Below, one piece after another: positions 1 to 8,322 of a stretch of 32,158 nucleotides of DNA. The position numbers were made by a program, and so were the translations under genes. This DNA is from Acidimicrobiales bacterium (GTDB lineage: Bacteria > Actinomycetota > Acidimicrobiia > Acidimicrobiales > RAAP-2): contig JADGOD010000008.1 of assembly GCA_017883125.1 (NCBI GenBank), positions 1 through 32,158 of the forward strand, read 5' to 3'. Every line of letters starts with the position of its first letter. The first letter of the stretch is position 1. A model generated the notes under the pieces. That model had not been told where the DNA came from. It searched no databases and saw only the letters and a program-made list of their open reading frames with translations.

Positions 1-1
1 A

Positions 2-78
2 TGGTGGAGGCGATGGGACTCGAACCCACGACCTTCTGTCTGCCAGACAGATGCTCTAGCCAGCTGAGCTACGCCCCC
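2..78 (-). tRNA. tRNA-Ala (anticodon GGC), CCA encoded in the genome
   Basis: The reverse complement folds by hand into a 77-nt cloverleaf. Acceptor stem GGGGGCG/CGCCTCC carries the G3:U70 alanine identity pair. D arm GCTC/GAGC; anticodon stem TCTGT/ACAGA with loop CTGGCAG (GGC); T arm GTGGG-TTCGAGT-CCCAT; discriminator A plus CCA. Confidence 0.93.
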
Positions 79-162
79 GTGGGAAGTTCCACTCTATCAG
101 CGCCTCCAGAGCACCCGATTCAGATCTTGTATTCGGCGGAGTGCCCGGGCGCACCGCGTAGC

Positions 163-2640
163 ATGACCGGAATGGCGAGGGCATACCCGGTAGTCGAGAT
201 CGAGGCCGCGTGGCAGGAGCAGTGGCTCACCTCCGGCCTCTATGAGGTCGACAACGATGACCCACGCCAGAAATTCTACGCCCTGTGCATGTACCCCTAC
301 CCCTCGGGATCGGCCCACCAGGGCCATGTGCGGAACTACACTTTCGGCGACCTCGTCGTCCGCTATCAGACGATGCGGGGATTTGCGGTGCTCTCGCCGT
401 TCGGGTTCGACTCCTTCGGCCTTCCGGCCGAGAACGCGGCGATCAAGACCGGCAGCCACCCTCGCGAGTTCACCGACGCCCGCATCGAGGAGCTCCGCGA
501 GTCGGTCCGTCACCTGGGAGCGGTCTACGACTGGCGTCGTGAGGTCCGCAGCCACGACCCCACGTACATGCGCTGGACCCAGACGATCTTCCTCAAGCTC
601 ATGGAGCAGGGGCTCGTCTACCGCAAGATGGCTCCGGTCAACTGGTGCCCGGGGTGCAACACCGTGCTGGCCAACGAGCAGGTCTTGGGCGACGGGACGT
701 GCGAGCGATCCGGAGACCTCGTGGAGCGCCGCGACCTCGAGCAGTGGTTCTTCAAGATCACCGAGTATGCCGACGAGCTGCTGGAGGGACTTGACGATCT
801 CGAGTGGCCCGAGCGCGTCAAGACGATGCAGCGCAACTGGATCGGCCGCTCCGAGGGAGCGATGATCGACCTCGTCGTCGACGGCCGTCCCGACTTGGCG
901 GTGAGGGTCTTCACCACCCGGCCCGACACCAGCTTCGGCATGACCTATGCCGTCCTCGCTCCAGAGCACCCGCTGGTCGACGAGCTCACCACCGCCGAGC
1001 AGCGTGGCGCCGTCGACGAGCTCCGGGAGCGGGTCGCCGGGGCCAGCGACATCGAGCGAACCTCCTCCGAGGGGGGCCCGCTGACCAAGCGCGGCGCGTT
1101 CACCGGCAGCTACGTCACCAACCCCTTCACCGACGCACCGGTGCCCCTCTACGTCGCTGACTACGTGCTGATGGGCTACGGCACCGGAGCGATCATGGCC
1201 GTGCCGGCCGAGGACGACCGTGACTTCGCCTTCGCCACCGCCTACGGCTTGCCCATCATCCGGACCACCGAGCCAGAGGGCGGTCTCCCTGATGACTTCG
1301 ACTCCGCCTACACCGGCGATGGGATCAAGGTGAACAGCGGGTTCTTGGATGGCCTCGGCGTCATCGAGGCCAAGGCCACGGCGATCCGATGGCTCGAAGA
1401 CAAGGGGCACGGTCACGGAACGGTCAACTACCGGCTCCGGGACTGGCTGGTCTCGCGTCAGCGGTTCTGGGGCTGTCCGATACCGATCATCCACTGCCCC
1501 GACTGCGGCATCGTCCCGGTGCCGGCCGATCAGCTCCCCGTGGTGGCTCCCGACGACGTCGAGTTCACGCCATCGGGCCAGTCGCCGCTGGCCACCCACG
1601 AGGGCTTCGTCAACGTGGCGTGCCCCCGCTGCGCCAAAGCCGCCCGTCGGGAGACCGACACGATGGACACCTTCGTCGACTCGTCCTGGTACTTCTTGCG
1701 CTTCACCGACCCCTTCAGCCCTGACGCGCCGTTCTCACCCGAGGCGGCAGCCCACTGGATGCCCGTCGACCAGTACATCGGCGGGATCGAGCACGCGATC
1801 TTGCACCTGCTCTACGCGCGCTTCTTCACCAAGGCCCTGATCGATGTCGGACTCGCTCCTGGCGTGAGCCGCGAGCCCTTCCGCAGCCTCTTCACCCAGG
1901 GGATGATCCGCATGGACGGATCGAAGATGTCGAAGTCGAAGGGCAACCTGGTGGCGCCGACCAAGTACTACGAGTCCGTCGGTGCCGACGGGCTGCGCCT
2001 CTTCCACCTCTTCGTCGGGCCGCCGGCTGACGACTTCGACTGGACCGAGCAGACCGATCAGGTGATCGAAGGCTGCGGCAGGTTCCTGGACCGCCTGTGG
2101 CGCCTCACAACCACCTCCTACGCGTCGCGTCCCGGTGGAGCGACGAGCGATGAGGACCTCGAGGTCCGCCGGGCCGTCCACCGAGCGATCAAGAAGGTCA
2201 CCGACGACCTCGACCGCTGGAGCTACAACACCGCGGTGGCTCAGCTCATGGAGCTGGTGAACCACCTCCAGCGCTACGTGCGGTCCGAGGTCGGACCGGC
2301 ACAGGGCGTCCTGGACGAGGCGATCGATGCCCTGCTCCTGCTCCTGGCCCCGATGGCACCCCACGTCCCCGCTGAGCTCTATCAGCGGCGACACGGGCTC
2401 CACATCCACGAAGAGGCCTGGCCGTCGTACGACCCTGTGCTGGTCCAGGCGGAGACCACGACGATGGTCGTCCAGATCCTGGGCAAGGTCCGAGACCGGA
2501 TCGAGGTGGACAGCGCAATCTCCGAGGACGAGGCGGCCGCCCTGGCGCTGTCGTCGGAGAAGATCATCGCCGAGCTCGATGGCCGCGTCCCGAGCCGCGT
2601 GATCTCCCGGCCACCGAAGCTCGTCAATCTCGTGCTCTGA
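163..2640 (+). CDS. leuS: leucine--tRNA ligase
   Basis: Class I signature PYPSGSAHQGHVRNY (HIGH-type), KMSKS motif (GSKMSKSKGN), CP1/zinc region WCPGCNTVLANEQV, and about 825 aa length. The track ORF from nt 1 runs antisense through tRNA-Ala, so the start is placed at ATG 163. ATG 172 is an alternative, preceded by TAGCAT-N7 (a leaderless-type -10). Confidence 0.95.
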   Translation: MTGMARAYPVVEIEAAWQEQWLTSGLYEVDNDDPRQKFYALCMYPYPSGSAHQGHVRNYTFGDLVVRYQTMRGFAVLSPFGFDSFGLPAENAAIKTGSHPREFTDARIEELRESVRHLGAVYDWRREVRSHDPTYMRWTQTIFLKLMEQGLVYRKMAPVNWCPGCNTVLANEQVLGDGTCERSGDLVERRDLEQWFFKITEYADELLEGLDDLEWPERVKTMQRNWIGRSEGAMIDLVVDGRPDLAVRVFTTRPDTSFGMTYAVLAPEHPLVDELTTAEQRGAVDELRERVAGASDIERTSSEGGPLTKRGAFTGSYVTNPFTDAPVPLYVADYVLMGYGTGAIMAVPAEDDRDFAFATAYGLPIIRTTEPEGGLPDDFDSAYTGDGIKVNSGFLDGLGVIEAKATAIRWLEDKGHGHGTVNYRLRDWLVSRQRFWGCPIPIIHCPDCGIVPVPADQLPVVAPDDVEFTPSGQSPLATHEGFVNVACPRCAKAARRETDTMDTFVDSSWYFLRFTDPFSPDAPFSPEAAAHWMPVDQYIGGIEHAILHLLYARFFTKALIDVGLAPGVSREPFRSLFTQGMIRMDGSKMSKSKGNLVAPTKYYESVGADGLRLFHLFVGPPADDFDWTEQTDQVIEGCGRFLDRLWRLTTTSYASRPGGATSDEDLEVRRAVHRAIKKVTDDLDRWSYNTAVAQLMELVNHLQRYVRSEVGPAQGVLDEAIDALLLLLAPMAPHVPAELYQRRHGLHIHEEAWPSYDPVLVQAETTTMVVQILGKVRDRIEVDSAISEDEAAALALSSEKIIAELDGRVPSRVISRPPKLVNLVL

Positions 2641-2641
2641 G

Positions 2642-3316
2642 ATGGGTGCCAAGCGGCCGAAGGCACCCCGGCCCGCGGTGGTGATCGAACATCGCCCGGC
2701 CGGGGAGGCCAGACCCGCACTCGAGATCCGGTCGAGCACGCGGCGCAAGAAGACGGCCACGGCATGGTGGCAGGGCCAGACCCTGATCGTGGCAGTCCCC
2801 GCTCACGTCCGAGGGTCTGAACGAGAGGAGATCATCGAGTGGCTGATCCAGCGCTCGCATCGCCGCCGCCCGACGATGGCGGCGTCAGACCCCGAGCTCT
2901 TGGAGCGGGCCAGGATCCTGGTGAAGACCTACGACCTTCGCGTGGAGCCGGCGTCTGTCCGGTTCGTCAGCACCCAGAATCGGCGCTGGGGGTCCTGCAC
3001 GCCCGAGACCGGGGCGATCAGGCTGTCGGACCGTCTGGCCCCCGTGCCGGGATGGGTCCTCGACGCCGTGCTCGTCCACGAGCTCGCTCACCTCGCGCAT
3101 GCGGATCACGGGGAGGACTTCCGGCGGCTGGCGGATCGATTCCCCCGTCAGAAGGAGGCGTCGATCTTCCTGGACGGCTTCCATCTGGGCTCTGAGATCG
3201 TGGGCAGTCGGGATCATGTGGCCTCCGAGGGCGAGATCGCCAGCCCACTTGAGGCCCCGGTGACGCCCGATCCGCCGTCCTCTGGCGGGGATCAGGGTCC
3301 CACCACCTTGTTCTGA
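2642..3316 (+). CDS. DUF45/YgjP-like (M48-related) zinc metallopeptidase
   Basis: HExxH zinc motif in LVHELAHLAHADH near the C-terminal third, as in the YgjP/DUF45 family. The ATG lies 1 nt after the leuS stop (TGAgATG). Codon position 3 is GC-rich. Confidence 0.7.
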   Translation: MGAKRPKAPRPAVVIEHRPAGEARPALEIRSSTRRKKTATAWWQGQTLIVAVPAHVRGSEREEIIEWLIQRSHRRRPTMAASDPELLERARILVKTYDLRVEPASVRFVSTQNRRWGSCTPETGAIRLSDRLAPVPGWVLDAVLVHELAHLAHADHGEDFRRLADRFPRQKEASIFLDGFHLGSEIVGSRDHVASEGEIASPLEAPVTPDPPSSGGDQGPTTLF

Positions 3317-3334
3317 GCGTCTCGGGCGAGGGGC

Positions 3335-4222
3335 TCAGGACTCTTCGCCGCGGAGGAACTGCTCGAGCTCGGCAGCGAGCTCGTCGCCCGAGGGGATGTC
3401 ACTGATCCCGAAGGGGTTCCCCTCCGTCGAGTCCACAGTGGCCTCAAGGGTCTTGAGCATGGCGAGGTGCTCGGGGTTCGACGAGATCAGCTCGTCGATC
3501 TGGCGGCGCGTCGACTCCGCGGCGTCGACCAGGTCGGCCGTGTCGAGCGAGAGCTCCGCGACCCGACCGAGCCCTTCGATCAGTGCGATCGACGCTTGAG
3601 GGAACGACATGGCGGCAACGTAGTGAGGGACGCGTGCCCAGAGCGAGATCATGTCGATCCCGCTCTGCCCACAGCCCAGCTCCAGGGCGGCGCTGATGCC
3701 GGCGGGCACCTCGAGCTCTCCGGAGACGGGACCGACCTGCTGGAGGAGGCGGGACGACTCGGCGGGAGCGGTCGCGGTCAGCTTGACGGGCCGGGTGTGG
3801 GGCGCAGGTGCGGGGAAGGCCCCGAGTCCGACGACGAGGCGGACCTCCAGGCGCTCCGCCAGCTCGACGACAGCGTCGACGAACCCAGCCCAGTAGACGT
3901 CGGGCTCCGGACCGATCAGGTACAGGACGTCGCGACCCACCTTGTCGACACCGACACGGAGCTGGATCTCGGGCCACGTGAGCGACTCGGTCACACCGTC
4001 GACGATGCGAGCCAGCGGCCGACGGGCCCGTTGGTCGATGAGGGCCTCGTTGTCGAAGGTGGCCAGCAGCTCTGTGGTCTCTGATTCGAGGAGCGTGGCC
4101 ATCGCCACCGATGCCCCGAGGCCGGCATCGATCCATCCTTCGAGAACGACCACCATGACCGGCTCGTGGAGACCGGGGTCCTCAAGGAGGTCGTACAGCG
4201 GTTCTCCGGTTCGATCGCTCAC
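3335..4222 (-). CDS. PAC2 (proteasome assembly chaperone 2-like) family protein
   Basis: The N-terminal VVVLEGWIDAGLGA block and overall about 295 aa architecture are typical of actinobacterial PAC2-family proteins. The GTG start overlaps the stop of the upstream phosphotransferase gene (GTGA). Confidence 0.7.
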   Translation of the reverse strand: MSDRTGEPLYDLLEDPGLHEPVMVVVLEGWIDAGLGASVAMATLLESETTELLATFDNEALIDQRARRPLARIVDGVTESLTWPEIQLRVGVDKVGRDVLYLIGPEPDVYWAGFVDAVVELAERLEVRLVVGLGAFPAPAPHTRPVKLTATAPAESSRLLQQVGPVSGELEVPAGISAALELGCGQSGIDMISLWARVPHYVAAMSFPQASIALIEGLGRVAELSLDTADLVDAAESTRRQIDELISSNPEHLAMLKTLEATVDSTEGNPFGISDIPSGDELAAELEQFLRGEES

Positions 4223-5274
4223 GCAGAGGCCTCCGCCAGGGTCGTCTCCGCAGTCTCGGCCAGCTGCTGGATGTGGGATGGGTAGGAGTCCACGCTGGAC
4301 TGGTCGCCCGCTCCGGCTCCGGCCTGGTAGCGGGCGTAGACGCCCTGGAGGATGCAGGCGAGCTTCCAGAAGCCGAAGGCCTGGTAGTAGCTGACCTGGC
4401 GGAGATCGAGGTCGCTGGCCGAGGCGTAGGCGTCGACGATCTCGGACCGGGTGCAGAAGCCCTCCGCGGAGGTGGGCGACTGTCCGACGAGGGCGACGGT
4501 GTCGTCGCCGGGCTCCGACCAGTAGTCCAGCAGGAGGCCGAGGTCGGCCATCGGGTCCCCGAGGGTGCAGATCTCCCAGTCGAGGATGGCTTTGACCTTG
4601 CCATCATCGTCGAGGATCGTGTTGTCGAGGCGGTAGTCGCCGTGGACGACGGTGGACCGCTGCTGGAACGGGATCCGGGCCGCCAGCTGGTCACCGACGC
4701 GCTCGACGACCTCGCCGTGGGTCATGTCCGGAGTCCTCATCTGCTCATACTGCCCGCGCCAGCGCCTCAGCTGGCGCTCGATGTAGCCCTCCTTCTTGGC
4801 TAGCGTCCCGAGCCCGACGGCGTCGACATCGACGGCGTGGAGCTGGGCCAAGGTGGTGGCGAGGTTGATGCCGATCTGGTGTCGCTGCTCGAGTGGGAAG
4901 GAGGCCTCTACGACGGCTGCGGTGCGCAGGATGTGGCCTTCGACGAACTCCATCACGTAGAAGGGGCGCTCGTTGACCGACTCATCCACGCAGAGCCCGA
5001 GGGTCTTCGGGACGGGCACTCCCGCGGGCCACAAGGCCGAGATGATGGTGTGCTCGCGGACCATGTCATGTGCCGTGGGCAGCACGTGGCTCACCGGCGG
5101 TCGGCGAAGCGCCATGGCCATGCCGTTGGTGTCGGTGACCCTGTAGGAGAGGTTGGAGCGTCCTCCGGCCACGAGTTCGAACGTGAACGGGGCGGTGGCT
5201 CCCCCCACGTTCTCCTCGAGCCAGGCCGAGACCCGCTCGACGTCGATCCCCACTGGTCCACCGCTCGAAGCCAT
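4219..5274 (-). CDS. phosphotransferase-family protein (APH / ACAD10-11 N-terminal kinase fold)
   Basis: Catalytic loop VVHGDYRLDN (HGDxxxxN) and metal-binding ILDWEICTLGDP block of the aminoglycoside-phosphotransferase/choline-kinase fold. TAGCGT-N6-ATG on the minus strand suggests a leaderless start. Confidence 0.8.
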   Translation of the reverse strand: MASSGGPVGIDVERVSAWLEENVGGATAPFTFELVAGGRSNLSYRVTDTNGMAMALRRPPVSHVLPTAHDMVREHTIISALWPAGVPVPKTLGLCVDESVNERPFYVMEFVEGHILRTAAVVEASFPLEQRHQIGINLATTLAQLHAVDVDAVGLGTLAKKEGYIERQLRRWRGQYEQMRTPDMTHGEVVERVGDQLAARIPFQQRSTVVHGDYRLDNTILDDDGKVKAILDWEICTLGDPMADLGLLLDYWSEPGDDTVALVGQSPTSAEGFCTRSEIVDAYASASDLDLRQVSYYQAFGFWKLACILQGVYARYQAGAGAGDQSSVDSYPSHIQQLAETAETTLAEASA

Positions 5275-5334
5275 TCTTGGACGCTACCGCTTCGCTCGGG
5301 CCTGATGTCTTGGCGGACCGGTATCCTCGGTGAC

Positions 5335-6042
5335 GTGATCGATGTCACTGACGCAACGTTCGAAGCAGAGGTTCTCGAGAGGTCTCGGTCGACCCCGGTG
5401 GTGGTGGACCTGTGGGCCACCTGGTGCGGGCCATGCACCACGCTCGGGCCGATGCTCGAAGCAGCCGTGGCCGCCCGGGGCGGCACGGTGGAGCTCGTGA
5501 AGGTCGATGTCGATGCCAACCCCGGGATCTCTCAGATGTTCCAGGTCCAGTCGATCCCTGCCGTCTTCGCCGTCGTTGACGGCAAGGTGGTGGGGCAGTT
5601 CGTCGGTGCCGTCCCTGCTGCCGAGATCGAGGCGTTCCTCGATCGGATCGCTCCTGAGCCGTCGGTCACCGACCTCCTCGTGGCCGCCGGTGACGAGGAG
5701 TCTCTGCGGGCGGCGCTCGACCAGGAGCCGGGTCACACCGGTGCCATCGTGGCGATGGCACGCCTCCTGATCGACACCTCCAAGCCAGCCGAGGCCCTGG
5801 AGATGCTGGTCAAGGTGCCCGAGACCGATGAGGTCCGCACCCTGATGGCCGAGGCGCGCCTCGCGGAGCAGGAGATCGATACCTCTCGCCAGGCGATCAT
5901 CCCGCTGCTCGACGATCTCCTCGAGAGGGTCGCCACCGACGAGGGCGCCCGCCAGGAGTTCCTCGACCTCCTCCAGACGCTCGGTCAGGATGATCCGACA
6001 GCGTCGGCCTACCGCAAGAAGCTCGCGACGAAGCTGTTCTGA
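5335..6042 (+). CDS. thioredoxin-domain protein with C-terminal TPR-like domain (YbbN/CnoX-like)
   Basis: WATWCGPC active site followed by an alpha-helical, TPR-like C-terminal half. GTG 5335 is preferred because TATCCT-N7 precedes it and it gives the canonical VIDVTDATFEAEV N-terminus. In-frame ATG 5305 is the alternative. The upstream part of the track ORF (from 4837) is antisense to the phosphotransferase gene. Confidence 0.85.
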   Translation: MIDVTDATFEAEVLERSRSTPVVVDLWATWCGPCTTLGPMLEAAVAARGGTVELVKVDVDANPGISQMFQVQSIPAVFAVVDGKVVGQFVGAVPAAEIEAFLDRIAPEPSVTDLLVAAGDEESLRAALDQEPGHTGAIVAMARLLIDTSKPAEALEMLVKVPETDEVRTLMAEARLAEQEIDTSRQAIIPLLDDLLERVATDEGARQEFLDLLQTLGQDDPTASAYRKKLATKLF

Positions 6043-6048
6043 GTCAGC

Positions 6049-6906
6049 GTGGCGCTCACCTCTCAGGTCTCGGCCTCCGCGCTGTCGCTTGGCCCACGTC
6101 GCTATGACGTGACGAACCGGGCCTTGGTCATGGGGATCCTCAACCGGACGCCGGACTCCTTCTACGACCGTGGGGAGAGCTTCGCCTTCGACAGGTTCCT
6201 GGCGAAGGCCGACGAGCACGTGGCCGGTGGTGCTGACCTGCTTGACGTCGGCGGCGTCAAGGCCGGACCCGGTGAGGAGGTGACCGAGGCCGAGGAGCTC
6301 GATCGGGTGGTCACCGCAGTCGAGTCGCTGGTCGCTCGCTTCGACGTCCCGATCTCGGTCGACACCTGGCGGGCGTCGGTCGCCAAGGCGTGCTTCGACG
6401 CCGGGGCCGTGGTGGGCAACGACATCAGTGGCTTCGGCGACCCCGACTACCTCGACGTGGCCGCCGCGGCCGGAGCGAGCGTGGTGGCCACCCACATCCG
6501 ACTCAAGCCCCGAGTGGCGGACCCGAATCCCCAGTACGGGGACGTCGTCGGGGCGGTCAAGGAGTTCCTCCTCGACCGCGCCGGCCGGGCCCGTGCGGCG
6601 GGGATCCCCGCCGAGAGGATCATCGTCGATGCGGGGCTCGATCTCGGGAAGACGGCGGCACAGTCGCTCGCGCTCCTGCGGTCCTCCGCCGTGCTGGCCG
6701 ACCTCGGCTACCCGCTCCTGCTCTCTGCCTCGAACAAGACGTTCCTCGGTGCGCTCCTCGATCTCGAGGTCGGCGAGCGGAGAGAGGCGTCGCTCTCGGC
6801 GTGCGCGCTGGGGATCCTGCGGGGCTGTCGTGTGCTCCGCGTCCACTACGTGGCCGGGACCGTCGTCGTCCGAGATGCCATCGAGGCAGTGCTCGGAGCC
6901 CCATGA
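6049..6906 (+). CDS. folP: dihydropteroate synthase family protein (orphan, FolP2-like)
   Basis: Pterin-binding domain signature LVMGILNRTPDSFYDRG, then DLLDVGGVKAGPG and ISVDTW blocks. GTG start 6 nt after the thioredoxin stop. No folB/folK/folE are nearby. Confidence 0.85.
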   Translation: MALTSQVSASALSLGPRRYDVTNRALVMGILNRTPDSFYDRGESFAFDRFLAKADEHVAGGADLLDVGGVKAGPGEEVTEAEELDRVVTAVESLVARFDVPISVDTWRASVAKACFDAGAVVGNDISGFGDPDYLDVAAAAGASVVATHIRLKPRVADPNPQYGDVVGAVKEFLLDRAGRARAAGIPAERIIVDAGLDLGKTAAQSLALLRSSAVLADLGYPLLLSASNKTFLGALLDLEVGERREASLSACALGILRGCRVLRVHYVAGTVVVRDAIEAVLGAP

Positions 6907-7904
6907 CGACGAAGAAGGCGGCTGCGGCCCCCCCGGTGGTGATCGTGACCGGGGAGGACGACGCCATGATCGGCAGCGAGGTGCGGATCGTCCTCGAGGA
7001 GCTGCTGGCAGGCCGTGATCCGGCGTTCGTGGTTGAAGAGGTGGGAGGTGTCGGTCCAGAGGAGATCGACGTGGGCGCCATCATCGATGCCTTCACGACG
7101 CCCCCGTTCCTGGTCGATCGGAGGATCGTGGTCGTCCGGGATGCCGGCCGGATCGATGCCGACGGAGCCAAGAGGCTCGTCGCGACGCTGAGCCCTCCGC
7201 CGCCCGACGCCGCCCTCGTCCTCGTGAAGGGGTCCAAGGCGATCCCGAGGAGCCTGATCAAGGCGGCCAGCTCGGTCGGCCACGTCGTCGACGTCTCCGT
7301 CCGCAAGGCCGCGGAGAAGAAGAACTACCTGGCCGAGCACTTCCGCCATGGGTCGGTCCGGCTCTCCGTGGGAGCACAGAACATGCTGAGCGCTCACCTG
7401 GGTGAGGAGCTCGGTCGCCTCGACAGCATCCTTGCCACGCTGGCCGCTGCGTACGGCGACGGGGTGACGGTCGACGAAGAGATGCTCAAGCCCTTCTTGG
7501 GCAGCCGCGGGTCGGTCCCGATCTTCGACCTGACTGACGCCGTCGAGAGAGGGAACATCGCGATCGCACTCGGGGTCGTCGACCGGATGATGGGCCCCGG
7601 CGGAGCGTCAGGGCACGAGATCGTGGCGTCGCTGGACAACCATCTGACGAAGGCAGCCCGTCTGCACGGTGCGGCGATCCGCTCCGGAGAAGACGCGGCG
7701 GCGATCCTCGGCGGCCATGCCTATCCGGCGAAGAAGGCGCTCGATCTCTCTCGACGACTCGACATCGAGGATCTCGCGGGGTGCATCCGGCTCATCGCCG
7801 AGGCCGATCTCGACCTGAAGGGAGGCAGCGGGCTCTCCGAGCGGATGATCGTCGAGATCCTCGTGGCGCGCTTGGCGCGCACCTTGGGGGCCGTCCGTCA
7901 CTAG
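6903..7904 (+). CDS. holA: DNA polymerase III subunit delta
   Basis: About 333 aa with an N-terminal VVIVTGEDDAMIG clamp-loader-like start and a helical C-terminal domain. It sits in the conserved convergent position next to rpsT. The ATG overlaps the folP stop (ATGA). The track ORF from 6390 is an out-of-gene extension over folP. Confidence 0.75.
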   Translation: MTTKKAAAAPPVVIVTGEDDAMIGSEVRIVLEELLAGRDPAFVVEEVGGVGPEEIDVGAIIDAFTTPPFLVDRRIVVVRDAGRIDADGAKRLVATLSPPPPDAALVLVKGSKAIPRSLIKAASSVGHVVDVSVRKAAEKKNYLAEHFRHGSVRLSVGAQNMLSAHLGEELGRLDSILATLAAAYGDGVTVDEEMLKPFLGSRGSVPIFDLTDAVERGNIAIALGVVDRMMGPGGASGHEIVASLDNHLTKAARLHGAAIRSGEDAAAILGGHAYPAKKALDLSRRLDIEDLAGCIRLIAEADLDLKGGSGLSERMIVEILVARLARTLGAVRH

Positions 7905-7912
7905 GACGAGGA

Positions 7913-7928
7913 GCCGCCGATGGGCGGC
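7913..7928. terminator. GC hairpin between convergent holA and rpsT (possible bidirectional terminator)
   Basis: GCCGCC-GATG-GGCGGC forms a 6-bp all-GC stem with a 4-nt loop, centred in the 31-nt gap between the two stop codons. There is no U-tract. Confidence 0.35.
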
Positions 7929-7935
7929 GGGGGAC

Positions 7936-8205
7936 TCAGGAAGCGGTGTTGATCGCGTTGATCCGACGCATGAGGCGGCGCTTGCGGTTCGCCGCCTGGT
8001 TCTTGTGGATCACGCCGGAAGCCGCTGCCTTGTCGATGCGCTTGACCGCCAGGCGGAGGTCGGCGACCGACGACTCGCTCTTGGCCTCGGCCGAGGCGAT
8101 CGCACCCTTGGTCCGGGTCTTGAGCTCGGAGCGCACGGCCTTGTTGGCGAGGCGAAGACGCTCGTTCTGACGGTTGCGCTTGATCTGACTACGGATGTTT
8201 GCCAC
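7936..8205 (-). CDS. rpsT: 30S ribosomal protein S20
   Basis: MANIRSQIKRNRQNERLRLANKAVRSELKT is a classic S20 N-terminus. GTG start with a GAGGA Shine-Dalgarno 5 nt upstream. Confidence 0.95.
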   Translation of the reverse strand: MANIRSQIKRNRQNERLRLANKAVRSELKTRTKGAIASAEAKSESSVADLRLAVKRIDKAAASGVIHKNQAANRKRRLMRRINAINTAS

Positions 8206-8243
8206 AGGGTCCTCAGGGGTGGTGGGGCTTCAAAAGAAGATGT

Positions 8244-8273
8244 ACATAACTGCCGGTGAACTCGGCCTTCCAA
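8244..8273 (-). promoter_or_regulatory. candidate sigma-70-type promoter for rpsT
   Basis: The minus strand reads TTGGAA (8273..8268) - 18 nt - TTATGT (8249..8244), about 38 nt upstream of the rpsT GTG, in the only AT-enriched patch of the rpsT/lepA divergent spacer. Confidence 0.3.
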
Positions 8274-8322
8274 AGATAGCAGGCCACCGGGGGTAGATCC
8301 AAGAGGGCCCTGGGCGGCGACC

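Noticed and set aside
1-162. N-terminal 54 codons of the track ORF for leuS (start at nt 1).
   Set aside because: Codons 1-26 are the antisense of tRNA-Ala, the window edge artificially opens the frame, and LeuRS homology starts at about residue 60.
79-162. T-box or other leader upstream of leuS, and likewise upstream of glyQS (22295..22314).
   Set aside because: The spacers are only 84 nt and 20 nt, far shorter than a T-box riboswitch (about 200+ nt), and I saw no specifier-loop or T-box sequence. The 84-nt spacer more likely holds the divergent tRNA-Ala promoter (TAGAGT at 96..91, minus, 12 nt from the tRNA 5' end) and the leuS promoter.
5284-6846. Long antisense ORFs: 5284..6846, 97..1599, 1735..2760, 11174..12436, 14969..16363, 20864..22192, 22024..23694 and 26750..28318 (all minus), plus many 60-250 aa ORFs in alternative frames.
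   Set aside because: Each lies opposite or out of frame to a gene with strong family motifs. In a high-GC genome stop codons are rare in the frame that mirrors the GC-rich third codon position, so such shadow ORFs are expected. Their products are Arg/Gly/Pro/Asp/His-rich with no recognisable motifs.
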